A stretch of DNA of 64,000 bases from Squalus acanthias (Eukaryota). Shown piece after piece: positions 50,826 through 63,702 of this stretch. A model generated the notes under the pieces. It did no database searches. It saw only the letters and a program-made list of their open reading frames with translations, and had not been told where the DNA came from. The stretch is taken from NCBI GenBank assembly GCA_030390025.1, contig CM059432.1, forward strand, positions 20,710,001 to 20,774,000. The letters run 5' to 3'. Position 1 is the first letter of the stretch; each line of letters opens with the position of its first letter. Both the position numbers and the translations under genes were made by a program.

Positions 50826-51598
50826 GGGGGAAAAATTCAGCTGCTTGCGCCTCCCGTTAGCGCCTTAAGAGGGCGCTAATGGGGCGTAAAGCAGCTAACG
50901 CCCGGGCGCAGCGCCGCACACGCCTCCCGAAAAATTCAGCGGGAGGTTAGCGGCGGCGCCAGCCGGTAGCGCCCTGTGGCGCTGCGCCGCCGGCGATGAC
51001 ATCATCGCCGTGCGCAGCACCCCGCTCGCGCTCCAGCCGCGATCTTCAGTTGCGCCCCCTGATTTACCGCCAGACGCTATGTCCGACGGGTTCAGGGAGG
51101 CGTACGTGCGGCCGGGGCGGCGATATTTAAAGGGGAGGTGGCAGGCGGCCATTTTTGTTGCTGGCCGCCTGCCAGCACCTGCCCCCGTTGCTGTCCCCGG
51201 CCCCCGTGAAGCCCCCCCACCGTGAAGTGCCGGCTGCGCTCCAAGAGCCCGGCACTTCTCTTGAGTGCCGGGCTCTTTTGCCGGCACTCCCGATCCCTGG
51301 GGGCCCAGCTGGGCCCCGGTTCACGCTGCGCAGGGTCCCTCCCCTTTAAGAAGGGGAGGAAGGCCTGCAATACCGCGGCGCGACGTGCCGCAGCGCATGG
51401 CGCTGCGGCACGTAGCGCCAGGATATTCCCTCGCAGCGCCCCAAGAGGGATGCGGGGTGCTTCCAGTGGCACCCCGCTTCCCTCTTGGGGCGCAACCACT
51501 GAAGTTCCGGCGCGGGGCCGCTAATTTTTTCGGGGCGCTAAAAGTCACGCCCCGGTGAGGTTAGCGCCCCAAATGGGGCGTGACTCAATTTTTACCCC
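50826..51598. mobile_element. Harbinger-type non-autonomous TIR element (GC-rich family A), CpG-rich
   Basis: GGGGGAAAAATT / AATTTTTACCCC; shares GCCTCCCGTTAGCGCC and CGCCCCAAATGGGGCG with 9040-9768. Confidence 0.85.
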
Positions 51599-53605
51599 AA
51601 TTGTTACAGCGATCTGGGATGGATTCAATGTCTTCTGTTGCAGGTGGCTGAGAATCCCACTCCACCACACGTCTGACAATGGAGCAGGAACACTAACATT
51701 TCATTTTGATAAAGTTCAGTTTCTTGCCAGGAATATTACCCTTTTTGAGCATATTAAGCCCGTATTTAACTGACCTCGCGAATGGACTGCTGAAGATTTT
51801 TAATTCAATGCGGCGAGCACTCGCAGTCTATTTTACCTTGGGAGGAACACATTCACAGCAATCGTAATACTGTCTCGAAGGCAGAGGTTTACAATTCAAC
51901 TCTGGTAAATCCTGTTCGTAGGGTAATTTTCAGGATGTACAATTATTGACACTGCCATGTGTGCATATAGGACAATACACCATTCGGTTTGAGCGAGGGA
52001 CCCAGGCTACTCATAAGGAAGGGGCTGTGCTCCTGGAGCTGGTCATTGAAAGAGATTCCTATATCACGCATTTAATTGAGTATAAACAATATTGCGTGAC
52101 TGAAAGCTTGGGAAGTTTCTGAAGGTTTGTTCCAGTTGGTATGTTTTCCCTGCCTTCAGTTAATCCAGATGTCCCACAGTAGGGGAAGCTGGGCTGGGGC
52201 CATTGGGCTGCCAGCAATGGGAGGCAGATGAACTTCTGTCTTCGAGCTACAGGAGCAACTTTTACAATTGTCTGATTGTTTCTTAGGAAGATACTTAAAC
52301 AACTGGTACTGGTTTGAGACTAATTACCAGGTTATTGAGCTGACAGACCTGAGTTATACTGTTAGCCTCGCATTGCTCTCTGGTCAGTGAACTCAAAGCT
52401 CTATGACTGCCTTCCTGCACACAGGAGCAGAATTTTTATAATTGAAACCAAGTGCTGGTTAAACTTCAATGTCAGTAACCGGTCATTTAGCCCTCTGCCA
52501 ACATTCAAGAAGTTAGATGGCCAGGGAATATTTTATACTTGACTTTTGCACGTACAATTGTACGAAAATAACAGGCAGGTAACACCAGCTAGCCAATCTA
52601 GCCTACCCTACACTCGTGATACCTGGAGTATCATAACTAGACACTTCCTACTCTGCCCCTTCGCGCCCCCCCCCCCCGACCCTCCACCCCCCCCCCCCCC
52701 CCCCCACCTCCCCTGCATTCATGCAATCTTATACTGCAGCTGGTGCGACTAGGCCACTTTGCAATGATGTACACTGCGCAGGGTATCTGGCCTTTAACAA
52801 ATACTTGTCACATAGGCAATTTATTCACCAATTCCAACTGCAAATGCGAATGACAAATAATATTTACGCAATGACAATCACTGAGGACAGGCTACACAAA
52901 GTAATAAATGTTGTACATTGTACAGTCAACCAGCGATGATTATATCATTTTCTTAGCTTAGGAAAGATGTGTTTAGAGTGAGAAATCTATCTCTAAAATT
53001 AATAATGCTTTATGTTGTGTGTTCAAGTGGTTTTGCTACTTTTATTTTTGGAAGCTTAGATTTAGATTTGAACAGCAGTCTTTCTGGATGATAGAAATCC
53101 AGACAAGGAACACAGCATAATTGAATCCTTCAGCATGAATAGTTTTGTGTAGTGAATTATGTGGTGTTTTTGTGGTGTGGACTAAAACTCAATCTAATGG
53201 AGACTGTCTAAAATTATTTTGCTTGGAATACTTAGACGGTCATTAATTAGGAAAGCTTTGAGCAGGCTTGATACTTGGAACATCTGGCTATGAAAGCATC
53301 TGCTGTGATGCCTTGACATCAGTTCTTGGGTAAAGTACACACTGCAGGGGACCACTCTACATTCTGCAGGTTGAATGTGTGCTCTTTCTTTTCTATTTTT
53401 AATGTTTTTTTTAAAATTAAAGCTAAGATTAAGAAGATTCTCACACCCAGCTGAGAGAGGAGACATTTATAACCAAAGAATCTACGCTGGGTTTGAATTC
53501 AGGTGTCAGAGCTGAATACTCTATTGGAAAATCAAATCAAATCATTCGGGGGAAAGAATTCCTCTGAAGACTGTGTGTAGCAACATCATAAATGCAAGGG
53601 AAAAA

Positions 53606-53812
53606 AAAGAAAGCCTTGCACTTGTGCAGCACCTTTCCCGACCGCACGACGTCCCAAAGCACTTTCCAGCCAAGAAAGTACTTTTGAAGTCATTGTTGTA
53701 ATGTAGGAATTGCGGCAGCCAATTTGTGCACAGCCAAGGTCCACAGACAGCAATGAGTCCAGATAACCTGTTTTTCGGTGTCGGTTGAGGGATAATTATT
53801 GGCCAGGGCACT
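53606..53812 (-). mobile_element. DeuSINE 3' fragment
   Basis: GTCCCAAAGCACTTT...GCGGCAGCCAATTTGTGCACAG. Confidence 0.8.
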
Positions 53813-54098
53813 GCATTCTTTCAAAATGTGTTCAAAAGTCCACTAGAAATGCCTAACAAAGATCGTGATGAATACATTTATGATGTTGCCATACATAGCA
53901 ACTGAAAGGATTCTTGTCCACTAGATTTTAGTGTGGGTACTATGGACATCCATTGAATCAATCGAGCACAGAAAGAGTTGAGTTGGCCCACCGTGCCTGT
54001 TCCAGTGCTATCTCAACACAAAAGTTATCTTCTCTAACCCCATTTACTGTTCTTTCCTCATTAATTTTTCTTCTTCAAGTGTTTATTTGGTTCCCTCT

Positions 54099-55968
54099 TT
54101 CATAGAATCATACAATGGTTACAGCACGGAAGAAGGCCATTCGGCCCATCAAGCCCCGTGCCGGCTCTCTGCAAGAGCACTTCAGCTAGTCCCACTCACC
54201 CGCCATTTCCCCATAGCCCTGCAAATTTTTTTCCTGCAGGTACTTATCCAACTCCCTTTTGAAAGCCATGATTGAGTCTTTCCCCACCACCCTTTGAGGC
54301 ATTGTATTCCAGATCTTAACCACTTGCTGAGTAAAAAGGTTTTTCCTCATGTCGCCTTTGGTTCTTCTGCCAATCACCTTAAATCTGTGTCCTCTGGTTC
54401 TTGACCCTTCTGCCAATGGGAACAGTTTCTCTCTATCTACTTTGTCTAGACCCCTCATGATTTTGAACACCTCTATCAAATCTCCTCTCAATCTTCTCTG
54501 CTCTAAGGAGAACAACCCCAGCTTCTCCAGTCTATCCACATAACTGAAGTCTCTCAGTCCTGAAATCATTCTCATTAATCTTTTCTGCACCCTCTCTAAG
54601 GCCTTCACATCCTTCCTAAAGTGCGGTGCCAAGAATTGGACACAATAATCCAGTTGAGGCCGAAACAGTGTTTTATACAGGTTCATCATAATTTCCATGC
54701 TTTTGTACTCTATGGGGGTGATTTTGCCACTGGGGAACTTTTGGAGGCGGGACTCCCACTTGTCGGGTTTCAGTCCCGCCTCCATCAACTTCTGGCCAAC
54801 CCACTCTATTTTCCCTTGATTGACCTTGTTAAGCTTGCCCAGTGGGCTTAGCAGGCCAATTAAGGGAAAGCCGGTTACAGAGAACGTCAATGTATGATGT
54901 TTCATCTGTCAAAAATTTTTGACAGATGAATTGTCACCTTTTGACAGCTCTGTGAAGCTGTCAAACACTGACATTCTCTGTAGTTTGATGAGGTCTTGAA
55001 TTCAAGACCTCATCAAACCTCTTTCTTTTGCAGAAATGAGATGGTTGTTGCATTGGAGAATGCAACGACCATCTGTCATCTCTACCGCGGAGGTGCGAGA
55101 CTCTCCGCATACCCACCAAGTGAAGCCTGCAGGAAGAAACAAAGGTAAGTACACTTTTTCTAACACTTTCCACTTACCTCAGATACTCACCTCTCCACAT
55201 TTGCACCCATCAATTACCTTCACAGCGTACTTTTGCACCCCGCAGACCCCCGCAGACCCACTACTCGCCTCGTTAACCCTGGCGGGGTTCGGAGCCTTCG
55301 GGAAGCCCGCACTTGTGTAGGCAAAATGGTGATAAGCTTATTTTCTGCCTGTTAACTACCTGTTAACAGCCAGTTAAGTGGCTGTAATCCCTTCCCGCTT
55401 CCAAGGAGACGGGACCCAGCGTGGGTCAGCTACCCGCCTCCTGGCAAGATGTCATGGAGGCGGGTTGGGGGCGGGATGGGCACCCACCCCCAAATTCTGC
55501 CATTTTCCCGGAAGTCCCACCTCCATACCCGCCTGCCCAGGGCTGGCATGATCGCGCCCATAACCTCTATTCATGAAGCCGAGGATCCCGTATTCTTTTT
55601 TAACTGCTTTCTCAACCTGCCCTGCCACCTTCGACGATTTGTGTACATATACCCCCAGGTCTCTCTTTTCATGCACCTCGTTTAGGATTGTACCCTTTAG
55701 TTTATATTTGCTCTCTTCATTCTTTCTACCAAAATGCGTCACTCGCACTTTTCTACGTTAAATTTCATCTGCCACATGTCCGACCATTCCACCAGCCTGT
55801 CTATGTTCTCTTGAAGTCTATCACTCTCCTCCTCACTGTTCACTATACTTCCAAGTTTTGTGTCATCTGCAAACTTTGAAATTGTGCCCTGTACACCCAC
55901 GTCCAAGTCATTAATATATATCAAGAAAAGCAGTGGTCCTAGAACCGAGCCCTGGGGAACACCACTGT
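54099..55968 (-). mobile_element. 5'-truncated CR1 interrupted by a TIR element
   Basis: GVPQGSVLGP/FADD (55739-56014 ORF) and C-terminal ORF; CATAGAATCATA tail on +. Confidence 0.92.
54714..55559. mobile_element. Harbinger-type non-autonomous TIR element
   Basis: GGGGGTGATTTTGCCA / TGGCATGATCGCGCCC termini; CR1 is collinear on both sides. Confidence 0.75.
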
Positions 55969-56470
55969 GTACCTTTGTTATGATTGACTCCGGTTCAGTC
56001 ATCTCTTGTGGCAATTCATTTCATATTCTAATAAACTCTAATGTGAAAAATATCTTCAAAGATCGTGGGCACACAGTTCTGAGGAAAAAAATAAATGAAT
56101 GCTGCCCTGTGCACCAACAAGAACCTTCTGTTCTTTTCCAATTTTTAGATCAGGAGCAGGAAGGGAAAGCACCTCGCAATTATTTTATTATATTCAGCAG
56201 AATCTAATTAAAAGATTTAATTAACAATGGGGGAAAGTTGCGCTTTTCTTTATACAGGTTCTTAATAATTATATTTGAATTACTGCCGTCTAGTGCTTTA
56301 TGAGCCATGATTTGCTGATCGAATAATTTTAGAATTGGGAAGCCAAGGCAAAATCGTTATCCTTTTTTGTCACGTATCTTAAGAAGCTTAACTTGTACTA
56401 ATCCGTGTGCTGTGTAATAGATGTCATGCTGTAGCGGGTTTAAATTGAAAATGGATTTTAGGATTTACTA

Positions 56471-56671
56471 AGCTAGAAATTACCGTCGGCGATTGTTATC
56501 GTACAAACATATTTAATGTGGTCGTAGCAAATTCTCTCCATTATTTTTAAGAAGCATTATCCCCTTTATTTTAATAAAGGTTAATTCCCTCCGTTAAAAT
56601 ATTGGAGAGGAATTTGATAGGAGTGTGTTAAGCATTTGTACTATAACCATAGTGACAGTAATTTCTAGACT
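56471..56671. mobile_element. Fully palindromic ~200-bp MITE-like element
   Basis: Nested complementary blocks: CTAGAAATTAC/GTAATTTCTAG, GTTATCGTACAAA/TTTGTACTATAAC, CAAATTCTCTCCA/TGGAGAGGAATTTG, CCTTTATT/AATAAAGG. Confidence 0.75.
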
Positions 56672-57299
56672 GTTGATTATCATCTCTAATTTATGATTTT
56701 ATCTTCCTTTTAAAAAAAATCATTTCAATTCTGCCATACTCTTGAGGCGACAACATGAGGAAATAGAATGTCTTCAATGTGGAATGTTCAGAGAGCTAAG
56801 CTTGTCCGTCCATATGATACCATATGATGGGAATAAAACATAAAACACTCTGGGGTTGGTGGGGGTAGATTTTTGTGTTTACTACCTGGGTGTAAAGCAT
56901 TGCCTGGGCAGAAGGCAGAGAGGAAAATCAGGTGGGGAGGAACACATACCCCTAATGGACTCCTGCCCAATTTTCCAGTTTAATGGATGGAGAATCTTGC
57001 AGCCACTGCTATGGCTGTTTGTTCCTTCCTGCCCAATTTCCTCTATGTATTCTGCCCAGACGAAAACCTACCACGCTGTATCTAAGTTTATAATTTAAAT
57101 ACACACAGTACTGCTCAATTTATAGTTTATATACATACAGTATTATGTGATGGCTGGAAAATAATGTATAGTTAGACTGGCAAGAAACTATAATGTGATT
57201 CAGGGTCACTGTCATTCAGCAAGACTAGGCTCGTGTGAAGCATTAACACCGGCACAGACCAGTTGGGCCGAATGGCCTGTTTCTGTGCTCTAAACTCTA

Positions 57300-58028
57300 G
57301 GCCGGAATTTTCAGAGGTAAGAACGGATGGGTTAGCGGCGGGGCAAGTGAAAGTTGAAAAATTGTGACCCCCCGACCCCAACCCGCCTCCAACCTGCCCA
57401 ATTTCATCTTTCACTCAGTGGGGTGGGGCGGTGGACTGCCAACACGCTGTCAGGAGGCGGGTTCGCAATTTACATATTATTATGAGGCCTGAAGCCTCTA
57501 CTTTAACCTGCTTTGCAGTTTTACTGCAGGTGGCCGGGGTTCCCGGGGCTCGGGATTCCCAGTGGCTGCAACGAGATAGCCTCAGCCTCGGGGAGCAATC
57601 CTTGTGGGCCAGGAGGAGCAGGAGTGCTTCCACCCGGCCCCCCAAGCTCCCCCACCATCAGCCTGCCCCTCCCCGGGGTCGGGGATCGGACCCCCGCTCC
57701 CCAGGCCTGGAAGGCCACCCCCCACGGATTGTGATTTGGCCCCGGGATCGGGGATCGGACCCCCCCCCCCGGGATTAGACCCTCCGTCCCCACCATGCTG
57801 GGCCCAGCACTTGCCTGTTGCTGCAGCCTCTTTCTCTGCGCTCCCTGCATGACTGGAAGCCAGCCTGTCAATCGGGCTGACTTCCGAGCGGGGAACCTGC
57901 CTTTCCGTCGCACACACGCTGCGGAGTTCAAACCCCACAGCGTGCCGGGAAACCCGAACTTCCAGAGTTTCCGCCGTCTCCCGAGTCACCGCGCACCGTG
58001 CAGGTGGGAACCCGGGAAAATCCAGCCC
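57300..58028. mobile_element. Harbinger-type non-autonomous TIR element inserted in a CR1 tail
   Basis: GGCCGGAATTTTC / GAAAATCCAGCCC; preceded by CR1 3' end GGGCCGAATGGCCTGTTTCTGTGCT. Confidence 0.8.
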
Positions 58029-58784
58029 ATATGTGATTTTATGTAAAGATTCAAGGAAAGAAGCATACAGAGATATGATATGTGTTACCGCAGTTTCAAC
58101 ACTTTGACCAATTTCTTTGTTGGTACAATTTTTTTTTTAGTTTAACTCTGGAAAAAATACATTCCAAAATTTCTTGCTGTAATGTAGGATCTGTACACCA
58201 TAAATTCACCCTGTGACTACCATTGCGCACTATCACTTTTGCAATAGGCGATTCAGATACACTGCTACTTTGTAGTGATGGCTCTTACAGAGGGATACAG
58301 TATTCCCTGTCTAGAATATTCTAATTACTACCTCCAAAAAGTCATAACTGAAGCAAGCTTCAGACAAATGTAGAGAGAATGTATAGCTCACACTTTGGAT
58401 CTGCTCACTCAGCAGAATTACCAATATAATGCATAACCTTCAGGGTCAAAAGTCTCAGGTTATATGCATGGCATTGATTGTGCTGAGCAGACAGAAGATG
58501 CTTGTCTTAATGTCAATCAGTGCTGATTTGTTTCATGAAACATAATCACACCCGATTGCAGCCCTCAGTACAACCCATGAGAAACTACAGTCCTACCTTC
58601 AGCTGAAGGTGATCTATCAGCTTCTTTGCTGCAGAACAATTAACCATTATGTCTTCACTGCCTCTCGTTAACATTCATTTGTCTTGTCATCACATTTATG
58701 TGCTTCTTTGGAAACAGTCTCACAAATGCAGAGCGACTATCTTATCCTGAAAAAGTCAAACCTGACATAACAGATTGGAAAAAA

Positions 58785-59010
58785 AATGAAAATGCTGGAA
58801 ATGTATCATAATAAACTTCTGAAAGAGAAAGTTAGATTACTTTAACTCTAAGGTGGCAACCCTTCATCATCATTCAATTACAGTGGCAACATTGTTTTTC
58901 GAAGTTCTGGTAACTGATCCCACCCAAAACATTAACCTCTCTTGAAGGCACTGATTTGATATGCTGTACATTTCCAGCATGTTTGTTTTATTTCAGATGT
59001 CCTGCATTGC
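58785..59010. mobile_element. Old Penelope-type inverted pseudo-LTR fragment
   Basis: ATGCTGGAAATGTA...TACATTTCCAGCAT inverted arms; related to 16692-16843. Confidence 0.5.
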
Positions 59011-59289
59011 CTAGTTTATTCTGTTTATGCCTCGTGCTGGTTGATCATAGGATGATAGTGACAGGGAAGGTCATCTGTAGTCAATAAGCCGGAACCCATC
59101 TCCCACGACTCGTGTGGTGCGACTCAAGTGATGATGTAATGTGCAGCACTTGTGTGCCACCCTAGCATAATGGTTCCTTCATGACAATTAACAGTACAAT
59201 CACTTTACATTTAGAAAATCCAAAATGAATTAAAAATAGTCTCCTTTAACAGCTGGAAGAATACATACAAAGACCTTATCATGAAATTA

Positions 59290-60265
59290 TGACAAATTCC
59301 TTGGATGGGACAAAATATCCTGAATGTTGGCAGAACTGAGGCCATTCTCTCCAACTCCTGTCAAGATTCCTGTGCCTCTGACCTTCATTCCACCAATCTC
59401 TCGAGCTGCCATCTCAAAGTGAGTCAGGACATCCTTCAGACCTCGAGATCACCAACATCCTCTCCGTTACCAAATGTGCTTTCTTCTGCCTCCACAACAT
59501 GCCTGCTCCTTCTCCATCGCTCCCTTTATGCTGTGAATTCTAGTTCATGGATTTATTATCAAGGCTTGACCCTTCTAAAACCTTCCTAGCTGGCGTTCAT
59601 GCCTCAACCCGCCACAAGCTTCAACTCAACATCGCAGCCCACAACCTCACCTTCAGCAAGTGCCACACTCCCAATACCCTCATTCTCTGCAAGCTGCACT
59701 GGTGTAATTATAGAATTTTACAGTACAGAAGGAGGCCATTCAGTCCATTGTGCCTGTGCTGAGCTATCCCATTACCACCATGCCCCCCCTCCCCCCCCCA
59801 CCCACCACCACCCTCTCCAAATTTGTCTTTTTCAAATAATCATTCTCTTTGTTTTTAAAATCTATTCTGGATTCTGCTTCCACTAACATTTCTGATAGGG
59901 CAATCTACATCCTAACAATCTCTGAATGAAAGAAAATTAACCGAAACACTCTCTTTGTACTTTTGTGCTCCTCCTAGATCTGTAACCTCTGCAGCCCTAC
60001 AACCCACCCGAACTTTTCATTCCTCCTATTCTAGTATCTTGTGCACCCCACCCTCTCCCCCCTTGCTCCACCATGGTGGCTGTGCCTTCTGCTGTCCCGG
60101 CCCAACATTCTGAAATTTCCTCCCTAAATCCCTCCACCTCTCTACCTCCCTCTTCGCCTTTAAATTCCACCATTTTGACCAACCCCTCTTAATATCTCTT
60201 TTGGCTCGGTATTCATTTTTCTTTCTGATTATGCCTCTGTAAAGTGCCTTGGAATGTTTTGCTGT
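59290..60265 (+). mobile_element. Old L2 3' region with a CR1 tail (minus, ~59708-59940) inserted
   Basis: WMGQNILNVGRTEAIL (L2 LN..KTE motif), KLQL, L2 3' UTR. Confidence 0.65.
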
Positions 60266-61171
60266 GCTAAAGACACTAAAGGTGATGGTCTCTAATTACT
60301 GGCTCACCATACAGTGGAAATAGTATTTCCGGATTTACTTCATCAAAACCTCTGAATACCTCTATTAGATTATCTCTTACCCTTCTTCATTCTAATGAAA
60401 AGATCCCCAGTTTCTCTAGTCTGTCCTAATAACTAATGCCCCCTCATTCCTAGTATCATCTCAGTGAATCTCTTCTGCATCATCTGCATGGCCTTGGTAT
60501 TCTTCCTCAAGTAAGGATGCAATATTCTAGCTGTGGCCTAACCAATGATTTAAAGAAATTTAGATTTACCTCTTTGCTTTGATAAGCCAAGCGTTGAGGT
60601 GGGTTTTAAAAACCTGTAGATTGTAGAAGAGAGAATGTGGGAGGTAAGGAATTTCAAAGTCTTAAGGTCCTGGCAAGGAATGAGGTATACAAAGAGAAAG
60701 TGTGATGAGTCTTGATTTCAATGCAGGGAGGAGGAGGAGCAGGTAAGATGGTGTTTAAAAAAAAAATGATTTGAGAACTGACAGACAGTGAAAAGTGACA
60801 GTAATATTTGTGCACTGAAGTACGATAACACACCACCTTCTTCGCATTTTGGAAGAGCAGGGTGTTATCATGTTCCAAGGGTTCTGTTACATTTGTATGG
60901 GCCAATAATGGTTGATTAATGGAGCAGACTACAGCAGAAAACAGTGCAAGGTGACCTTCAATCAGTAAGGCGTGCTGCAGCTGAAAATTTAAAAGAAAAT
61001 GACTGCGAAAGAAGACAGCTTGTGCGCGGCCAAAACTCAACAACTTTTTCAAGAAAGGAAGGGGGAAAAAGCCATATGCTGAGGCAATAATTTCTTTTTA
61101 AGTTTCTGAACTGCATGGAGAATGGGCTTTGGCGAGAACATCCGTTTTTAGGGCAAGAATTTTTAGATTTG

Positions 61172-61560
61172 AATCATGAAATTTTACAGCACGGAAGCAG
61201 CCCATTTGGCCCATTTGTGCCTGCCCCAAATCTCTGAAAGAGCTATTCACTTAGTCCCATCTTCCTGTTATTTTTCCATACCTTCTTAAATTTTCCTTTT
61301 CAAATACTCACATCCACTCAAAGTTCAAAGCTGTTAAGGATCCTATTTCTGGTATGGTATTGAATGTCTTAACAACTCTCCCAAAATTATATTTAATTAA
61401 AAATTATATCTTAAATTTATGCTCTCAAGTTACTGATTCACTGCCCAGTGGAAATAATATATCCCTATTTACCTTATCAAAACCCCTCATAGTTTTGAAC
61501 ACCTCTGTGATCTCTTTACCTTCTCTGTTCTACTGAAAAGAGTCCCAGTTTCTCTAGTGT
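61172..61560 (-). mobile_element. Old CR1 3' fragment
   Basis: TACAGCACGGAAG...TCAAAACCCCTCATAGTTTTGAACACCTCT. Confidence 0.7.
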
Positions 61561-61959
61561 CTCATCAACAAGTTTCTAATGCCTGATTTGTTTCTCCCTT
61601 CCCTATATTTTTCATAGTTCTTCAGGTCCACGTGACTGACTGTAACTCACCACAAGGAGGCAGCAGGTAGCATTCAGGTGAAAAATGTCCTTATTTTGCT
61701 TCCGCTCTGCAGAGAGATGCTGCAGCCTCCACGTGGCATTTAAAAAAAAAAATAAGATGTCTTGGTGTTGTGCTACACATTATGCTTCACACTGGGCCTT
61801 TTAAGAGGAATGTATGTGATCTCTGCATGCTGTGTTCCTCTTGCAAAGAAGAGGGGTGGTGGTCTGCTCCCAGACCTCTACCAGCTCCTAAGGGAGATGA
61901 GAGAAATCTGACTGGGGAATGAAACACTTTTCCATTTTTGCACTTCATCCCAAGATCAT

Positions 61960-62320
61960 AATAGGATTAGATGCAGAGTTAAACTTCCGTCTCCTCTGTC
62001 GCAACAATGTCCTGCAGATCTAGCCTCAAGAGAATGCCCTTTTGTCTTCCGACTGCACCAGTGTGGGGCACCAGTGGGACGTTTCATCTCCTCGATCAGT
62101 CATCCCTATGCCCTGTCTTAAAATGTTGGTGAATTTAATATTGAAATAGCAGCCAGATTAGTGCTGTGGACCTGCATCCACTAGAAATTAAGTTGATGCT
62201 GCCCCAGAATTTCATGTAGGTTACTTATGGCTAGCAGAGGAGAGGAGGGATGCTTTCATCCCGTCAGTCTGGGATAGCCAAGGTGAAAGGACAGCATTCT
62301 TTCAACAAGTCCAGTCCCTC
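61960..62320 (-). mobile_element. LF-SINE-like element (tentative)
   Basis: Minus strand GAGGGACTGG...CCTTTCACCT...CCTACATGAAAT...TTTCTAGTGGA...TCCACAGCAC follows LF-SINE motif order as recalled. Confidence 0.45.
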
Positions 62321-63112
62321 ATAGTCAGGTATCCTTGCTTAAACATTGAGGGCAATTTTGACTTTAGACGTTAGTGTAAAACGCGCAATATCGGCTCGTT
62401 GACGTCAATGGAAACGAATTTTGGGAGAGGTGTATGACGGGTGGCCGTGCCAATATTGCCCATTTTAATCTATCATCTACAATCAACATTACCCACACTA
62501 GGTGATGGCATTGAGCATATATAGCATGAGAAGTTAAAATTAGTGAGCACAGTCTCAGGTTCCTTTTAATATAGCTTCCTATTAGATACATGCATTTGGC
62601 TCTGCCGTGAGCTATCATCTTGTTTAATTTTAAGGTTATCTAGGGGAGAAAGATACTTAGGTTAAAATTACTTGTGTGAGGAAAACCATTTTTCTTTTAG
62701 AACATTTACCCCAAGGTAATTTGAAATGATTTCATTCCAACACTGTCTTAGAGGTATAATAATTTTTGCAGTACCAATCAATTTTGATTATGCCTTTGGA
62801 TGAGTGTCTAATTTCTTCATCTTGGGTTATGCCCTGTTCCAATATGGGTATAACCCATTACTTTCTTTAAAAGAAAATCCTTTCAGTTTTCTCCCCTTCT
62901 TTGTTCTTAGTGGTGCTTTATCCATGGGTACATTTCAACAGGTGCCTTGTCCAAACAGTTCTTCTTCAAGTCCCATACTGGACAGTTATTCCAGTTCCTG
63001 TATCTGGGGCTATTGGATTATCTGGACGCAGCGAATATAGGAAAATCGGGATATTGGGAATAGCACATGCCCATAAGGGAGCCCGCTTGATTTTTCATCC
63101 ATTTAAGTTAAT

Positions 63113-63450
63113 AAAAGAAAGACTAGCATTTCTATAGCGCCTTTCACGACCACCGGACGTCTCAAAGCGCTTTACAGCCAATGAAGTACTTTTGAAGTGG
63201 AGCCACTGTTGTAATGTAGGAAACGCGGCAGCCAATTTGTGCACAGCAAGCTCCCACAAACAGCAATGTGATAATGACCAGATAATCTGTTTTTTTGTTA
63301 TGTTGGTTGAGGGATAAATATTGGCCAGGACACCAGGGATAACTCCCCTGCTCTTCTTCGAAATAGTGCCATGGACTCTTTTACATCCACCCGAGAGAGC
63401 AGACGGGGCCTTGGTTTAACATCTCATCCAAAAGACGGCACCTCCGACAG
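63113..63450 (-). mobile_element. DeuSINE (SacSINE1-like), well preserved 3' part
   Basis: CpG-retaining copy, homologous to 46832-47232. Confidence 0.88.
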
Positions 63451-63702
63451 TTAATGGATGAAAAAGGTGGCAGGTTCTGTTGGGATGTATGCTCATCCCC
63501 ACCTGATCTTGCATATTCACTGCACCTAAGCCCCAGGTACAGGAACAGGAAAGTCCTCCCCACAATCTCAATAGTCTATTTTACCATGGGGAACATCAAA
63601 GTCAAGTGTGATGCTGTCCTCATCTGAGATCCAGTCACTGGACAACAATCAAAAGTGGGAACTCGGGATGATTTTTCTCCTTCCTGTCCCAGGAGTGCTT
63701 AG

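Noticed and set aside
50895..51558. Overlapping GC-rich ORFs as genes
   Set aside because: Open on both strands because of GC content inside a TIR element; no domain recognised (same for 57415-58046)
52666..52705. Poly-C tract / proline-rich ORF
   Set aside because: Simple homopolymer run; G4 potential on the minus strand is generic
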